A stretch of 63,717 bases of DNA, the filler included, from Basidiobolus ranarum (taxonomy: Eukaryota): NCBI GenBank assembly GCA_040143965.1. It is 19 parts of 19 records of this genome, joined end to end, with 100 filler letters (N's around TTAATTAATTAA, not from the genome) between each part and the next. Parts side by side here need not be neighbours in the genome. Positions count along the whole stretch, not along the records: positions 10,111 to 13,377 come from JASJQH010009478.1; positions 13,478 to 16,743 come from JASJQH010009479.1; positions 16,844 to 20,107 come from JASJQH010009480.1; positions 20,208 to 23,470 come from JASJQH010009481.1; positions 23,571 to 26,832 come from JASJQH010009482.1; 14 more parts are not named here. One strand, written 5' to 3'. Shown here piece by piece: positions 12,860-26,142 of the stretch. A program made the position numbers and the translations under genes. The notes below the pieces were generated by a model. It worked only from the letters and a program-made list of their open reading frames with translations, had not been told where the DNA came from and did no database searches. Position 1 is the stretch's first letter; each line of letters begins with the position of its first letter.

Positions 12860-12932
12860 CGACCCAGGTGGGGGTCGAACCCACGACTTTCTCCTCCGGA
12901 GGGAGACACTCTTTCCACTGAGCTACAGGGCC
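12860..12932 (-). tRNA. tRNA-Arg(CCG)
   Basis: GGCCCTGTAGCTCAGTGGAAAGAGTGTCTCCCTCCGGAGGAGAAAGTCGTGGGTTCGACCCCCACCTGGGTCG. Cloverleaf with A and B boxes, anticodon stem TCTCC/GGAGA, followed by TTTT. Confidence 0.92.
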
Positions 12933-13346
12933 TTTTGCAATAGTCTCATTGTTAACAATAATCTCCAACGCATGTAACAAATGAAAGCGACTTGGAAACT
13001 GCACTCACGTCTGTAAATTGATTCCAACAATTTTTTATAATTGCTAATGTTCTCCAATACATTCAAAGAAATGAGATGAAATGTAACTGAATGAGGATGC
13101 GATAACTTTTGTAGCAAATGGAATTAACCATATTCTTTTATTCTAATATCTCGGTATCGTCACAATAACAATAAGTGTATGTTAGAAAAGGATACACTGC
13201 TGAAAGATATGCCATCTTTCTGTTTTAATTTGGAATAGCTTATGTATAGCATTTATTATCTGTACATGTCTTACGTTTAGAATTACATGCATCGTTGAAT
13301 CATAGAAAATTCATTGTTTACATATAATAAAAGTAGCCTAAAGTCG

Positions 13347-13377
13347 TGATGAGAGTGGGGTTCGAACCCACGCCTCC
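13347..13377 (-). tRNA. tRNA 3' half, probably tRNA-Leu (cut by contig end)
   Basis: GGAGGCGTGGGTTCGAACCCCACTCTCATCA: end of a long variable arm, T arm and discriminator A. Anticodon not in window. Confidence 0.65.
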
Positions 13378-13534
13378 NNNNNNNNNNNNNNNNNNNNNNN
13401 NNNNNNNNNNNNNNNNNNNNNTTAATTAATTAANNNNNNNNNNNNNNNNNNNNNNNNNNNNNNNNNNNNNNNNNNNNGTACTAGCAGGCTGGATTGAATG
13501 GCACGATCTGACCTGGTCAAATGGAACAAGTCTT

Positions 13535-14560
13535 ATATTATGTCTTCAATAAATTGGCTACAATTTCTATGCAGTACCTGTCTCTGGAGAGATTGGCACA
13601 AGGAAAAGATGCAACTTAAAATAGTATCTTGAATCTTCCCTTGTGAAAGATGAAAAGATCAAAAACCTCATGTCTCTTATTTGGGAGTGGCTGGGTCAAA
13701 AGCCAATGCACATATACCCAGGGAGAAAAAAAGCAAGCTAGACTGCAAGATCAAAGAATTCCTACATATGGGACAATTCCCCAGAGTACAAATCCACCAT
13801 CTATATGATATTGAATTTATCACTATATACAGAAGCAAGGTTGTCATGCTAAATGCAAATTGATGTAATATTCAGGATCAGCACTCCATTGTTATTGGGG
13901 ACAAAAAGTAAGTTGATTGTGCAGATCAAGAATATTTGGATGCATCTACAAAACAAGATCATCAAAAGGATAAAGATTCTGATGTAGGTGCTGTAGTATT
14001 GGAGAAAGTGTCCAACAATAATACCAACATAAACAGTAAACCCCTCCACCTGGGGAATCCTCCAACTGAGTGGTGGAAGACTTCCATTGTCCAATCAATG
14101 TGTCTATCAGTAAACCACAGGCTCTTAGATATGATAAATAACCCAAACTAGTCTGCCAATTGAAGCAATCACTATATGGATCAAAGCAAGCACCACAAAG
14201 CTGGAACAAAAAATTGATTCATTTTTTGTGGGATAGGATTTCAAACTCAGCAATACAGATCAAGGTATGTATACTTTGCTTACATATGACTATAGAATGA
14301 TTAATACTCTGTATGTAGATGAACTGATTCAGGTATCAAGCAATCTGAATATACTGGAAGCTAGCAAGGAACTCTCTATGTAACTTTAGATGATTTATCT
14401 CACAGATATTGATCTGTGTCATGGATTTGAAGTCACTCAAAACAAGCCTTGAGAACTACAAGAGACATCAGAGAAGTTACCTCAAAGATAACTTATTTAG
14501 ATTCAAGACACTAGAGTCTGAGCTTGTGTCTACTCCAATTGATGTGAGGTTGAATTGGAA
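13535..14560 (+). pseudogene. Decayed copia pol (integrase C-terminus to RT)
   Basis: AHIPREKKSKLD, VCQLKQSLYGSKQAPQSWN and LYVDEL remnants in shifting frames. Confidence 0.7.
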
Positions 14561-14799
14561 GTTTCTAGTAGTTATTACTCTGAGGAGTACTGGTGTGTAC
14601 CTAGTTAGTTGTTAGTTAGATAATATGTTAGTATTATTGTTTTCTACAGCTTTGCAGCAAAGCATCCTGTCATCAAGATATACATACCTCTGGGATTCAA
14701 TTAGATCAGAATCTTTGTTGTTGCTATCTTCAAGAATGGTTACAACAAATCTAATGGCAAGTAACAAGTCATTTTATTAAGTCTCAGTCACAGTCTAGT

Positions 14800-16743
14800 T
14801 TTGTAAATTAATTGGTAAGCAGTCAATGAGTAATCTGCTCAACAAATCATAGATTTTGGCACATATAAAGCATCAACCACCTATGGAAACAACAGTTCTG
14901 TCTCAAGTAACATTTCATGACCATATTGCCACAATATTCTTGTATTATCAGCACTTGTTTTGAATGATTCTGAGCCTCAATTGCAGCAGAATTCTGAAAC
15001 ATTACTGTAGGACATCACTTCTTGACATGCACTGCAGTAGAGACAGATTTGGCTCAATATTTGTAATCTAGCTTTTGAGCAGGTAATACTGCTCTTGGCA
15101 TCTCCACACTGATGCTATTAGCATGTTGTGCAGCACTTTTCTGCTGTGGAGTAAGAGATAAAGTTGTTGGTGTCTTGAATCCTTGTATAAAGCATTTACT
15201 GGCAAAATTCTGAGTACTGTATCTCCATAGATATCAGTTCTTAGTTCTCCAGTTATTAGTATTGACCCTGTCAATATCAATTATTTGTAGTACTTGAGTG
15301 TTATCAAGTTCTCACATTTGTATTGGAGAAAAAACAGCCAAATGAATCTTACTTAAGCATTGACAAAAGTTCTAAAGTATCTCATCTGCTCAATGAGATC
15401 TATCTGAGGGCTAAATATATGTCATAACAAATCACAGCAAATTTGTGACCAAAGTGGAAAAATTCAGAGCTTAAACACATCTTTCTGTGAGGTTCTCCAT
15501 ACATACAAGAACAATTTAGCTGCTATTTTTAAGTATCAATCCTGAAGCAAGCGGATTGGGGATCTTTTAGGTTGTCTTTGTTGCCAATATGGCTTAAATG
15601 TCTCTTCCATATTCAACAAATTCCTTAACAGGTTTTTTCAGCCTCCCATGCTCCAAATCCATTCTATTTATTTCTACTGTGTGTGAGTTTTTCATTTTCT
15701 TCCTAGCAACATATTTGATATTAATCTGATCTGTGAAAGTCCAGCAATAAGGAACAAAGATCTTAAACCTCATACTGTTTCTTGACTCATAGATAGCAGA
15801 CTTTTTCCTATATTTTCTCTGTAAAGTGCATTGTCTAGTCTTGCTGAGGATGTTGCTGGTTTGATACATTTAGTTCTGATTTTTTTAAATGGCATTTTGA
15901 GACTTTGCGGAAAAGAATAATGGTAAGCATCTCTATTTCATGAACAAGATAGTTCTGTTAAGGACTATTCATCTTCTTGGACTCAATGACAACTAAGTAT
16001 TGTTCATCATCATCAATCTGGCTTATTGCATGGCATACTCAGAGGTACTTATAGTCCAAATGAATGGCTGGTTCAGATCTGGTACATTCAAGGTTAACAA
16101 CCTAACTGCTTCTACTTTGATGGATTACTTCACACTGGCATTTCCAAGTCATGATACATTCCTTCTGGTGCAGCTTGGGTAAGAGCACTGAGATGTGTGG
16201 AAATTGATTAAAAATCTTGTGTCATAGGAAGTCATATGTAGCAGTACCCTGATTACTAATATGATAATGCAATTTTTACCTTTTTTGATACTTCAACCTC
16301 TCTGAGATAAATGGCTTTGGCTGTACCTGCTTCAACACTTGCTAGATGCTCAACTTGCCCCTTGAAGAACTGATATTTGCATATTTTCAAAGAGTTGGTT
16401 TGGTTGTAGCTCTTCTAAAACTTTTGTCACAGGTTGTACAGGTTCTTTCTTATTCCTGCTATAGATATATGCCTGTAAACTTCTTTTAAATCCAAAGAAC
16501 TCATATAATGGAGTGCTTTTCTCACAGGTCTACTGCATACTGTTCCAGTTGAATGCTCAGCTTCTCTCACCTGTGAATGCTAAAGCAGTATATCAGGAAG
16601 TCATTCTGAAATTGTAACAGCACTGCTGCTGTGCAGTTGTCATGTTTGTTTGCAGTTTATTCTGTAATGCAGCAAATAGAAACATTTCTTGATTTTTCAT
16701 TACAGCTTGGTCAAACTGACTCTAATTTGCATCCTTTTCATAT
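14800..16743 (-). pseudogene. Decayed Ty3/gypsy-like pol relic
   Basis: Minus strand near 16020-16090 reads VPDLNQPFIWTISTSEYA, resembling the gypsy PD..PF.L.TDASEYA motif. Weak protease- and integrase-like remnants lie on either side in gypsy order. Confidence 0.45.
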
Positions 16744-16843
16744 NNNNNNNNNNNNNNNNNNNNNNNNNNNNNNNNNNNNNNNNNNNNTTAATTAATTAAN
16801 NNNNNNNNNNNNNNNNNNNNNNNNNNNNNNNNNNNNNNNNNNN

Positions 16844-17027
16844 CTAGAAGCCCCAAGCTTTGCACACATGTTTCTGGGACCTTCCTTAACATATTCTACA
16901 CGTTAGTTTGTTTACATCTTGACAAAACTATAAATGTCAACTTTCTACTCAATAGATCAACAAGTGAAAACCACCAATTCCTCTAATTCTCCAAACCACT
17001 TCTAACAGGCTCCCAAATACTTTAACA
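16844..17027 (+). repeat. Copia family B LTR, 3' part
   Basis: Matches about 6105-6286. Ends TTTAACA. Confidence 0.85.
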
Positions 17028-17253
17028 GCCTTGCTATAGAATAATAATTTGGATTTTCAATATTTCACTAATAAGAACTGTACCTTTGATAGTTATCAAT
17101 GTAAGCTCACATCTTATATTCATTTGGCATAGACTAAGAATACTGGTAGACAACTTCCTAATCCTTTCTCTTCCTAGATTTTGGAGATCTTTATTGATAA
17201 CCTGTGAAAACTTACATATCTCTGTTTACCATTCATGGAATGAATTTGAAAGT

Positions 17254-17490
17254 GTTGAGGCATATTGGGAGTTGTTGGAAGTAATTTGGAGAGCTAGAAG
17301 AAAAGTGGTTTTCACCTACTGATTTATCAAGTATAAGTTAACCATAATGCTTTTGTCAAAAAGTAGATAAACTAAGGTGAAAATATGTTTAGGAAGGTCC
17401 TAGGAACATATGTACAAGGCTTGGGATATCTTAGACAAGCTTGAGAAAATCACATAATCTGAGAATTTATGAATACATAGATGCTTAAGC
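17254..17490 (-). repeat. Copia family B LTR, decayed
   Basis: Reverse-complement similarity to LTR-B (GGGAGTTGTTGGAAGT...GGAACATATGTACAAGG). Confidence 0.65.
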
Positions 17491-17699
17491 TATATTATTT
17501 TTAACAGAAAGTCACTGTTGTGAATAATTTTTCATGGATACTTCGTAATGTTTCGGATTTTAGGAAAGAAGCTACGAGGAGTATAAGCAATATCTAGCAA
17601 TACTGGATAATAGCCATTCAAGTATTTTTATTGGTTTTACCCTTCCATCTCTGAGTTGGCTACTTGACTATTCTAATGTTAATGCCAATGATATAGTAG

Positions 17700-18600
17700 T
17701 CAACTGTATTGGAAGGAATTAGGCCCAGTTGACCCTAAAAGAGTACCATGAGTTTATTGCTGTATGACCCAGATTTTGCATATTTTGTGCTCTGACTGGT
17801 GCGTACACTTACATGGTACAGAATATCGAAAGTGGAATTTACAATGATGTAGTATCAAGAGAAACAAATGAGATATAACATATGCCATATTGCACTGAGA
17901 GCTATATCTTGACAATCAAAAAGCAGGGTATTAGCTTGTGGCAATGTGATTGATATCTAATTCAAATGATGAGTTAATACATATGAGATCTTCAAAAATC
18001 AGAAAATACCATGAGTGGTAAATACTTAGCAGTTTTAATGTACTCTATTCATAATTGGAGAACTCACTTTTAATGTTTATATGAGCTATATACCAATTAT
18101 AATTGATCATCTTGAATTTTCAAGCTCCGCATAATTGACGATTCAATTGTGATAATACTCCAGCATATCCTGTTCCTAATGATCTCACAAGATTTTACTA
18201 CTAAAAACTACCATGCATTGTTTTTAATGGATGCAAGAACAATTGGCCCGTAACATTCTTACTCAGCCTTAGACACTGCATCAGTAAGATCTAGTGTTTT
18301 CTTTCACGGGATATATGAAACCATGGCAATATTAGCACCAGGGAATATTCAAGGATTAAAAGGTATGAGTGATCAGATTTTTGAGTCTTACTATAGAAGA
18401 AATAAAGATCCCAATAACAGTACATTCTAGTTTTTTTATTGACAATTCCATTAGGCATTAGTATTATAATGTCTATTACCGATAAATTTCAGAAACACTG
18501 AGGAAAGATATAATTTTCATCATCTTCATACACTCCGAAAGTGTTTTCTCAAACCTTTGACATTCTAGAAAAGAGCAACTACTATTGGGTTTTTTCAAAC
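17700..18600 (-). pseudogene. Possible piggyBac-like transposase relic
   Basis: Weak ordered remnants: QRFE, FPGANIA/MVSYIP*K, GTGY, AINSW. Heavily decayed. Confidence 0.3.
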
Positions 18601-20208
18601 CTAGTTTTGAACTTGACGAAACTTTTTTCTAATCTTCAGAACTACACTTTTAAATCACAATTATGCCTTACCACTCTTTCGATTCCATAAAATCGGCATG
18701 CAAATCACCTGTTATGTCCCATTATACTAAATAAGACTTATTTTAAATACTTAAAACATGCATATTTCATTCCCCAAATCCTCTGCTGTGCTACCTAGAC
18801 CCTCGCTGGCTCTTTACAGAATTTCTACACCTATTTTCTGCTTCCAGTAAGACCCTTTGTCTTCTGCCAGTTTCATCTAGAATCTCTGCTAAGTGTGACG
18901 AATTTGGTATGCGTCTCTGTTGATGATGTAACAAGATGTATCTCTCCTTACATCACAGCTATGGATGGTTTCTTTGAATATAGCCAAACTACGGAATAGG
19001 CAGTGCTATCTTCTCTACCTCCACTACCGCATAGGTTAACTGTAACAACATGGCTAAACACACTTCACAAGTATCAGTTCAGTCTTTTCAGACTGGCAAA
19101 GAGCTTGCAAAGTTGAAATCAATGATTCATATTCATATATACTATATTATTACCATTGTAACCACCATAATGGTGAAAACAATAGGCAATCCCAGATGTT
19201 GTTGGGCACTAGTAAGCAACTACTATTATTGTAAAAAGATCTGGGTATGACGATTGTTAGTACAAGGGTATATCAGAGCAACCGTGCATTTTCTCCTGGA
19301 AGCAAGAATACCCAAAGTGGTGTTGATTTCTGACCAATGTGGACAATCAGCTCTTAATATGTCCAACATAAGCAACACGTCATACCATATGCATAATGAG
19401 CAGGATTGTGGCAGTGCATTGTTGTAAACCAATCTAGTAAACTCAATACTTGCTTGGGATGGCATTTCTCAGCACTGCTGCTTAAAGTCCGCTTCATTTC
19501 TATACACCCTCTCTAGTCCAAAGCCTGGTTTGCTTGGTGAAAAACCAAAATTCTACTTACTGCTGCCTGTAGCACAAAGAACTGCTAAATACTCTCCAAG
19601 ATGTCCCACTATAAGCATGTTACCATGTCTGTTGCTTGATTCTAGCACTTCGAACCAAGCTTAGCATGGCAGTATGACTTGAATGTACTAGCATATTGCT
19701 GGCGCCTACTCGAAAATCCATAACAAATGTACTCTTGCTGTAGTTATCGTCAAATACCGTTTGCATTCCAGAGGATGTTGGAACTACTTTGTGCGATGTG
19801 CATGTCGTACCATAAGGCTTATGCGGTACTTGATCAACACTCGAGCATCGGGGCAAACCGAACTTGACGACACCTCAGATGGCCCTCAAATTCAGTTGTT
19901 ACCTATTTGTGACTGTAAGTAATACGAGTCAATATTCTTCGTGGAACGATTGGTTTAGTGTCAGCTTTTGTTTATTAACTTCAATTTACTGACCTGTGCA
20001 TGTGTGTTTTACTTTCCTTATATATTCTGATATCGACTCACAACCCAATCATAGAGTAGGTGCACTTTTTGCGGTCTTTCTCGGCCTGTAGCCATCATAA
20101 AATCATCNNNNNNNNNNNNNNNNNNNNNNNNNNNNNNNNNNNNNNNNNNNNTTAATTAATTAANNNNNNNNNNNNNNNNNNNNNNNNNNNNNNNNNNNNN
20201 NNNNNNNG

Positions 20209-20487
20209 GTTTTATTCGAAGACAATACTGCCAAATACCAAAGCGGATGGTTAAGATTAGCAACATGTTCACAATATTATACCTTTGCCATTTATGGAAG
20301 AGGCATTCGTGAACTCACTTTCATGAATAACCGGTATTTATCGGATGACAACCTCCGCACCATGCTGGAGAAATGCCGCAAACTTCGCAAACTGTACATC
20401 TTTCCTCCGTTCTGCCCGAAGGACAGCACCTCCTTCAGCTTGGAGCTACTTGAAGAGATTCAAGAAAGATGTATAGACTATATATAA
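20209..20487 (+). CDS. C-terminus of an LRR/RNI-like (F-box-LRR type) protein, 5' truncated
   Basis: Open from the contig start: ...GIRELTFMNNRYLSDDNLRTMLEKCRKLRKLYI...CIDYI*. CpG retained, as in other host genes. Not in the ORF track. Confidence 0.6.
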   Translation, partial: VLFEDNTAKYQSGWLRLATCSQYYTFAIYGRGIRELTFMNNRYLSDDNLRTMLEKCRKLRKLYIFPPFCPKDSTSFSLELLEEIQERCIDYI

Positions 20488-23400
20488 TTTACTTGAAATG
20501 CTACTTTATCACTCTCACATAATTTCGTACATTACCTTTGTTGAATTTATTGAATAAGTCCTCTGCGATCCGGACTTATTTTGTACACTTACCCTGCCCA
20601 TCCTCTATCCCATTAATTGTATGAATTTATTGTTACATTACCAGTATTATAGATAGCCCTCTTTTAACATATTCATATCGAGTACATCCCGTTTTACTTA
20701 AGGAAGCACTTCCGCAATGTTCTGAGTACCATTTAACTCATAATATATGACCTTTAAGCAAACCCATGCAAATTCTCACCCTGTTCTCACTATTAAATTG
20801 CCACAGATTAGTATTTACCGATATCCTGCTTCAAGCCTAAATTGGGCTCCATCATTTGAAACTTCGCGGCTTGATAGTTTGCGTAGATAGAAATCATTGT
20901 TCCGTTAGACCGGTATATAGTCTCTCCTCATCACCATTTTTTTGGCTATTTTCCAGTGCCGATACAGGCCATGTAAAACGAATATCGCGAGTCACAAGAT
21001 AGATGATGGAAAGGTGGATTTATTTGGGAATACAATACATTATCCACATAAATATATGGCAACATAATCTAGATTTTGTTCATACGCCCACCTTGTTCGG
21101 CCCATACGAATCGTCTAAAAGCAAAGCCGGTATACAGTTGTTTTCAGGCAGCGTGAGATGAGATATCCCTTAATACAGTGAGTAGACTCTCGGATTGATT
21201 GTTGGTAATGAGCCATTCGATCATCGATAGTTCAGTTGACTGCATCTTTTAACCGCCATCGGAAGCAATCAATTGATCGAAGCAGCAACCACGGAGTTGC
21301 CGATGATGCATGCATGTAGAAACAAAATTACGACACTATGAAACCAGCAACGATCTTTGAATTAATCCATCACACACTGAGTTGAACTTAGATATCTAAT
21401 CTTGATGACGATTACCTCCATCTCTATTCCACATCACCGGAAATTTGTGATTTGCCTTGGACGGCCTTTTATCGGAGAATACCCACTCCGGAATCTTATG
21501 TCTAAGACTGACAAGATAAGACACAGATAGCATAAATTGGAATCTGATTTCTCTTTGAAACATGTTTAGCAATCAAGTGATAGTTTGCTCATTAGTACTG
21601 TTTTGGTTTTAAAACCAGAGCAATTTTTGGTTGTGAAACACCAACATCAGTATCCTCTCCGACTTGCAACGAAATAGGCATCATCTATACACATAAGCTC
21701 ATTGACCGCACGACCAACTGGGTGGAACAGATGATCACCTTATTAGTCCCTTTTTCCTTACTGGTACGCTGCCAAGAAAATTCAAGAACAATGAAACCCA
21801 TTCCTTTTACAGTACTGGTCGCTGAGACCTCTGATGCACTTCGAGTTAGAAATTCTCTGTTTTGAGCCTTGGAGCCTGTTATCTTTAAAACATCAGAATT
21901 GGAGGAGACGGAGAACAGTATAAGCGCACAGTGAGATTCCTGTTTAACCAATCTTCGATTCCAACCCCCTAGATTTAATACTAAGCATACATTCGAAAAT
22001 AATCTCCACTAAAACAGCAAGGCTACTACACTCCACTGTTGCTGTACTCTTTTCTTCTTCATGAATGGATGGCACACAAATTGAAAAATGCATCATTCAT
22101 TGGTGCATATGGTTACAGTGTGCAACATGCTTCTACTTCCCCCCAGGCCAAATTAGGGGCCAAGGTTAGCTTTCTAATAACATTTTTGATCAGCTTCAAA
22201 TGCTTACTCAGCCACAGTTAGATTGGTCCATTCGTCAACGGTTAATTATTCATGATTAGGCTGTATTCTGATGGCAAGTCTAAAGATGGCCTATCACAAC
22301 GTTTCTTTTTCCATATCTAACGATTCTTTATAGTTGGGATGACCAATACGATACTGCTACTCTCTGCACTGGTTGGGCCAGATATCCTGCCCCGCTTTCA
22401 AAAGCAAGAGAAGCCTGTATATGAATAGAAATGGCCACTACAAGGATGGGTGTTTATTACAAGTTTGAACTTACGAAAGGGGTACACAGTTTGATTCATT
22501 TGGATAGTGTATTGAATATTCTCAGTGAGTGTCTAGTCTTACACAAAACCTCTTCTCCTGAGTTGGATTGGATGTAAACTGGGGAAAATCTTGACCTACA
22601 CAGAAAGCGCACAACCATGATTTCTAGCACTACCTTAGACCCAATGTCTGTCGTGAAGACAAGATCTCCAAAGTTTTTCCCAGCAAAACTGCGCCACTGT
22701 TTAGTCAGTTGATGAGAACGATGGAACAATAAAGGACCGAAATGCTCTTTGAATCCATGCAATATTGGTAATATGATTCATGATAATTGGTTAGTAGTAG
22801 TACCTAACCCTAAATCTTTCGTAAATTAGGCCAGAACGTGATTCTCCTATTCAATCTTATGGCTGGGCAATAGTGCTGAAGTTTTCTTAGAACTGGAACC
22901 CGTTATTCCACGTATTTCCATGTTACATATGACTAGGCACTGAAAGCGTTCATATGTTTATCCACTATGTGGTTAGAGGAGCCATCTCAAGAGTTTGCTG
23001 GACCCGTGCTAGCGATATATGCTTGGTAATCACGTTGAAGAAATTCGAGATGATGCTTTTACTTGAATGAGATTGAAGAAGAAATTACTCGAATCAGACA
23101 TGCCGTTGGTATCTTCACCAGTCTCTATAGCAAAATTCGTCAATATAGTAGCCATTATAGTAATTTGTGCCTTAAGTCATTCGATTCTTGACACCGCAAG
23201 TGTTAATTTCATTCAGAGTATCCTCCGAGGTAAGAAATGTCAACAAAGAGCCTTTCTAATCGGATAAATCGTACATAACTTCAGAAAGTAACTGTTCACA
23301 TATGTAATCGTCTGAGTGGCCTGAAGGTCACTATCTAGATAGTAAATTTGATAGCCTTCAAGAACATATTAAAATTGCATTAGAGCTCATGTTAAGGTGA

Positions 23401-23570
23401 CGCAATCAGACCAGTAGCCTCGCTGTGATTGAGTTTAACACCTCTGGCTAGACGCATTTGTGCCAAGTAGNNNNNNNNNNNNNNNNNNNNNNNNNNNNNN
23501 NNNNNNNNNNNNNNTTAATTAATTAANNNNNNNNNNNNNNNNNNNNNNNNNNNNNNNNNNNNNNNNNNNN

Positions 23571-23925
23571 AGATTCTTTGGTTGGTAAACGGAACAATTG
23601 AGCAATGGCAACACCCACCGTAATCAGAGAAAGTGAAGTACGAATCCAAGCTAAAAAGGTACGTTCATTTGCTATATATATATATATATATATAAAAGTT
23701 TAGTGATTTTCAAATTATATTTAATGGAAGGTGGATTCACTTTGTACCTAAATGGTCTCGAGCTACACTGCCTTTATTTTCTAGCAAAAGACTTGGATTA
23801 AGGCGTGACCAGAAGCTTTCCTTAGTAGAAGAGATTGCGTTGGGATTCTCTGAAGAGTTGGGAGTATTCTGTCTGTTAGAATCTCTAGGTTGTTTGCTTC
23901 GCTTCCGTACATCTGATTCACTCAT
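23571..23925 (-). CDS. DUF202 (YidH-like) membrane protein, 3' truncated; exons 23925-23748 and 23671-23571
   Basis: Removing a 76-nt GT-AG intron (23747-23672) gives ...ENKGSVARDHLANERTFLAWIRTSLSLITVGVAIAQLFRL, the DUF202 signature. Confidence 0.9.
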
Positions 23926-24840
23926 GTATGAGGTTTTGGGTGGTTAAAGATAGGTTGATGACTCAATGAGGACAGACTTGGGGGTTAAAAATGAATTTTC
24001 AACATTGAATGTGATGTTTTTTAGTGATAAGATGTGACTCGATTTCCCTTGATTTCATCGGAAAATTATGATGAATTTAATGCCTAGATTGGCTAATTGA
24101 GCGGATAAGCGGATGAGCGGATTTAGTATTGGAATGTGACTCATCTAATTCACAAAATTGGTTAAAACCACATGGTATGTCTCTCATCTTCCAAATGATA
24201 TTACCTCGTTATTTAAGATCCACGGGAGGAAGAGGAGTGGATGCTTAGTAGACTATGAGTTTAGGTGTACCTCTTTGACTAAAGTAAGCGGATTAGAAAT
24301 TCACTTTTAGATTTGGATGCTTTAGGTCTAATTTCCGAAACATTTCCCGTTATTACCGCATTCGTACACCACCAGTCCAAAGCATATATATTCAATAAAT
24401 ACCATACCATTATTGGCTAATGGGGGAACTGGTTACAATAAACCTGTTTGTAAAAAACCAGATACTGAGCGATCTTCCATCACTTCACAAAATGGACTAA
24501 TTGAACATCTCAATAAACATGACAAAAATGGCTTTCTTGCTAGATTATTAAAAAACTCTCGTTGCGAATACTTAATAAATCATTAAACTACTTGTGCAAG
24601 CTCTTACCCGTTTTAATTACTAGTGTGTGGAGGTTACAACGAATACAAAGATACTAATAAGTTCAAGTGATGTCGATTGAGACTGTTCATTTATACTTTT
24701 TAGTAAAGAGAATCCTGGGCTACTTCGAGGTTACTGTCATCTAGTTTAAAGCGGTGAAAATACTAATGCTCAACCCAACTAAGAGGGCTTTCGTAAACTT
24801 AGTTGCCAATCGAGTGGGAGTTTTGACTGAAAGTCAAAGG

Positions 24841-24847
24841 TATAAAT
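24841..24847 (+). promoter_or_regulatory. Putative TATA box of LPMO gene
   Basis: TATAAAT 75 nt upstream of ATG 24916. Confidence 0.4.
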
Positions 24848-24915
24848 ACTTCAAGACTCCTGAGTTTTAAAGCTCAATTCGCTCGCTTTAGGCATTGAAC
24901 AACTCATTCAAGAAG

Positions 24916-25776
24916 ATGCTCCTACAATCCACCCTCTGCCTACTTGGTTTTGTGACGTTGGCCGTTGCTCATATGGAGATGATACAACCTCCTCCTCGGC
25001 ATTCGAGATATAACCCTACTTGGCAAGGCACTCCGGATATCGATATGGTTAATCCTCTGGGTATCTATCCATGTAAGGGATATGATCAAGGAGGGGTTGT
25101 TCAAACTGTTAAGGCTGGGGGATCAATTCAAGTCAAGCTTAGTGGCGGTGCCACTCATAGTGGAGGCCATTGTCAATTCGCTGTTTCTTATGACAAAGGA
25201 AATACTTTCGCAGTGGTAGAAACTATCTACAGCAACTGTCTCATCGCAAGCAAAGAGTATTCGGTGAATATTCCCAGTACTGCTGGCTCTAGTAAGAACG
25301 TCGTTTTTGCTTGGGCATGGATCAATAAGATTGGTAATCGAGAGTACTATATGAATTGTGCTGACATCGAGATTCAAGGATCTACAGACGGTTACATTAC
25401 AGGTCCTAAGCTCTTAGTTGTCAACCTTCCTGGCTATCCTACCATGCCGGAATTCCCGCAAGATGGACCAAATGACGGTAGAAATTTATTGGCAGCACGT
25501 CCCACCATCACAATTCGTCCTGATAAAGATACTGTCACTGCCACTCCCACTATTACTACCAGCGTCACTACTACTCCTACTAAGAGTACGACTTCTACTG
25601 GAAGCCCCACTTCTACTCCAGGGGCGTGTAAAGGCATTTCTGCATGGGAATCCGGAACCGCTTACAATGGCTCCCAAAAGGTTACTCACCAAGGGCATTT
25701 ATGGCAGGCTAAATGGTGGACTCGAAACGAATCCCCTGGTGTTAACAGTGTTTGGACCGACTTGGGAGCTTGTTAA
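24916..25776 (+). CDS. Secreted AA11-type lytic polysaccharide monooxygenase with Ser/Thr linker and CBM5/12 chitin-binding module
   Basis: An 18-aa signal peptide exposes His1 (HMEM..PPPR). Also HSGGHCQF, NREYYMNCADI and C-terminal AWESGTAY...WQAKWWT...W..LGAC. No introns. Confidence 0.9.
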   Translation: MLLQSTLCLLGFVTLAVAHMEMIQPPPRHSRYNPTWQGTPDIDMVNPLGIYPCKGYDQGGVVQTVKAGGSIQVKLSGGATHSGGHCQFAVSYDKGNTFAVVETIYSNCLIASKEYSVNIPSTAGSSKNVVFAWAWINKIGNREYYMNCADIEIQGSTDGYITGPKLLVVNLPGYPTMPEFPQDGPNDGRNLLAARPTITIRPDKDTVTATPTITTSVTTTPTKSTTSTGSPTSTPGACKGISAWESGTAYNGSQKVTHQGHLWQAKWWTRNESPGVNSVWTDLGAC

Positions 25777-26142
25777 ATTATTGATAAATAAAGGAATTAT
25801 CTATTTACGTTTGATCAATACCGATGATAAAAACCAAAAATGACCTTCATAGAAATAACATTTCAAGACTTGTGTTCCAAAAATAGAGACTTACATTCAT
25901 AATATATACGTTCCATTCAGTTATAATGATAATAATTCAGCTCAGATATTTCGGATAAAAACTTATTCCGACTTGTTCATACTCGTGTCTGATGTGACTG
26001 ATTGATGGGCTAGAAGGCTTACGTAGCAATTAAAGATGAAGGATGAGTAGAGATAATAACCATCAAATAGCAGGAAAGGGCGTAAGTGATTTTACAGATG
26101 TTTTATTGGCTTGCGAAACTTCGATATTTATGCCTGACTAGC

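Noticed and set aside
18900-20107. Short ORFs 19226-19465 and 19620-19856
   Set aside because: No family recognisable. Possibly a decayed element, but unsupported.
20500-23470. Short ORFs in contig 7 (21685-21951, 22496-22762, 23067-23267)
   Set aside because: No motifs or consistent exon structure that I can support.
24895-24915. ORF-track starts at TTG 24895 (LPMO) and GTG 41932 (CHAP)
   Set aside because: These are eukaryotic genes. ATG 24916 and ATG 41980 give proper signal peptides.
25123-25843. Overlapping and antisense ORFs over LPMO, CHAP, ABC, catalase and repeat-protein genes
   Set aside because: Shadow ORFs of real coding sequence, with no recognisable motifs.
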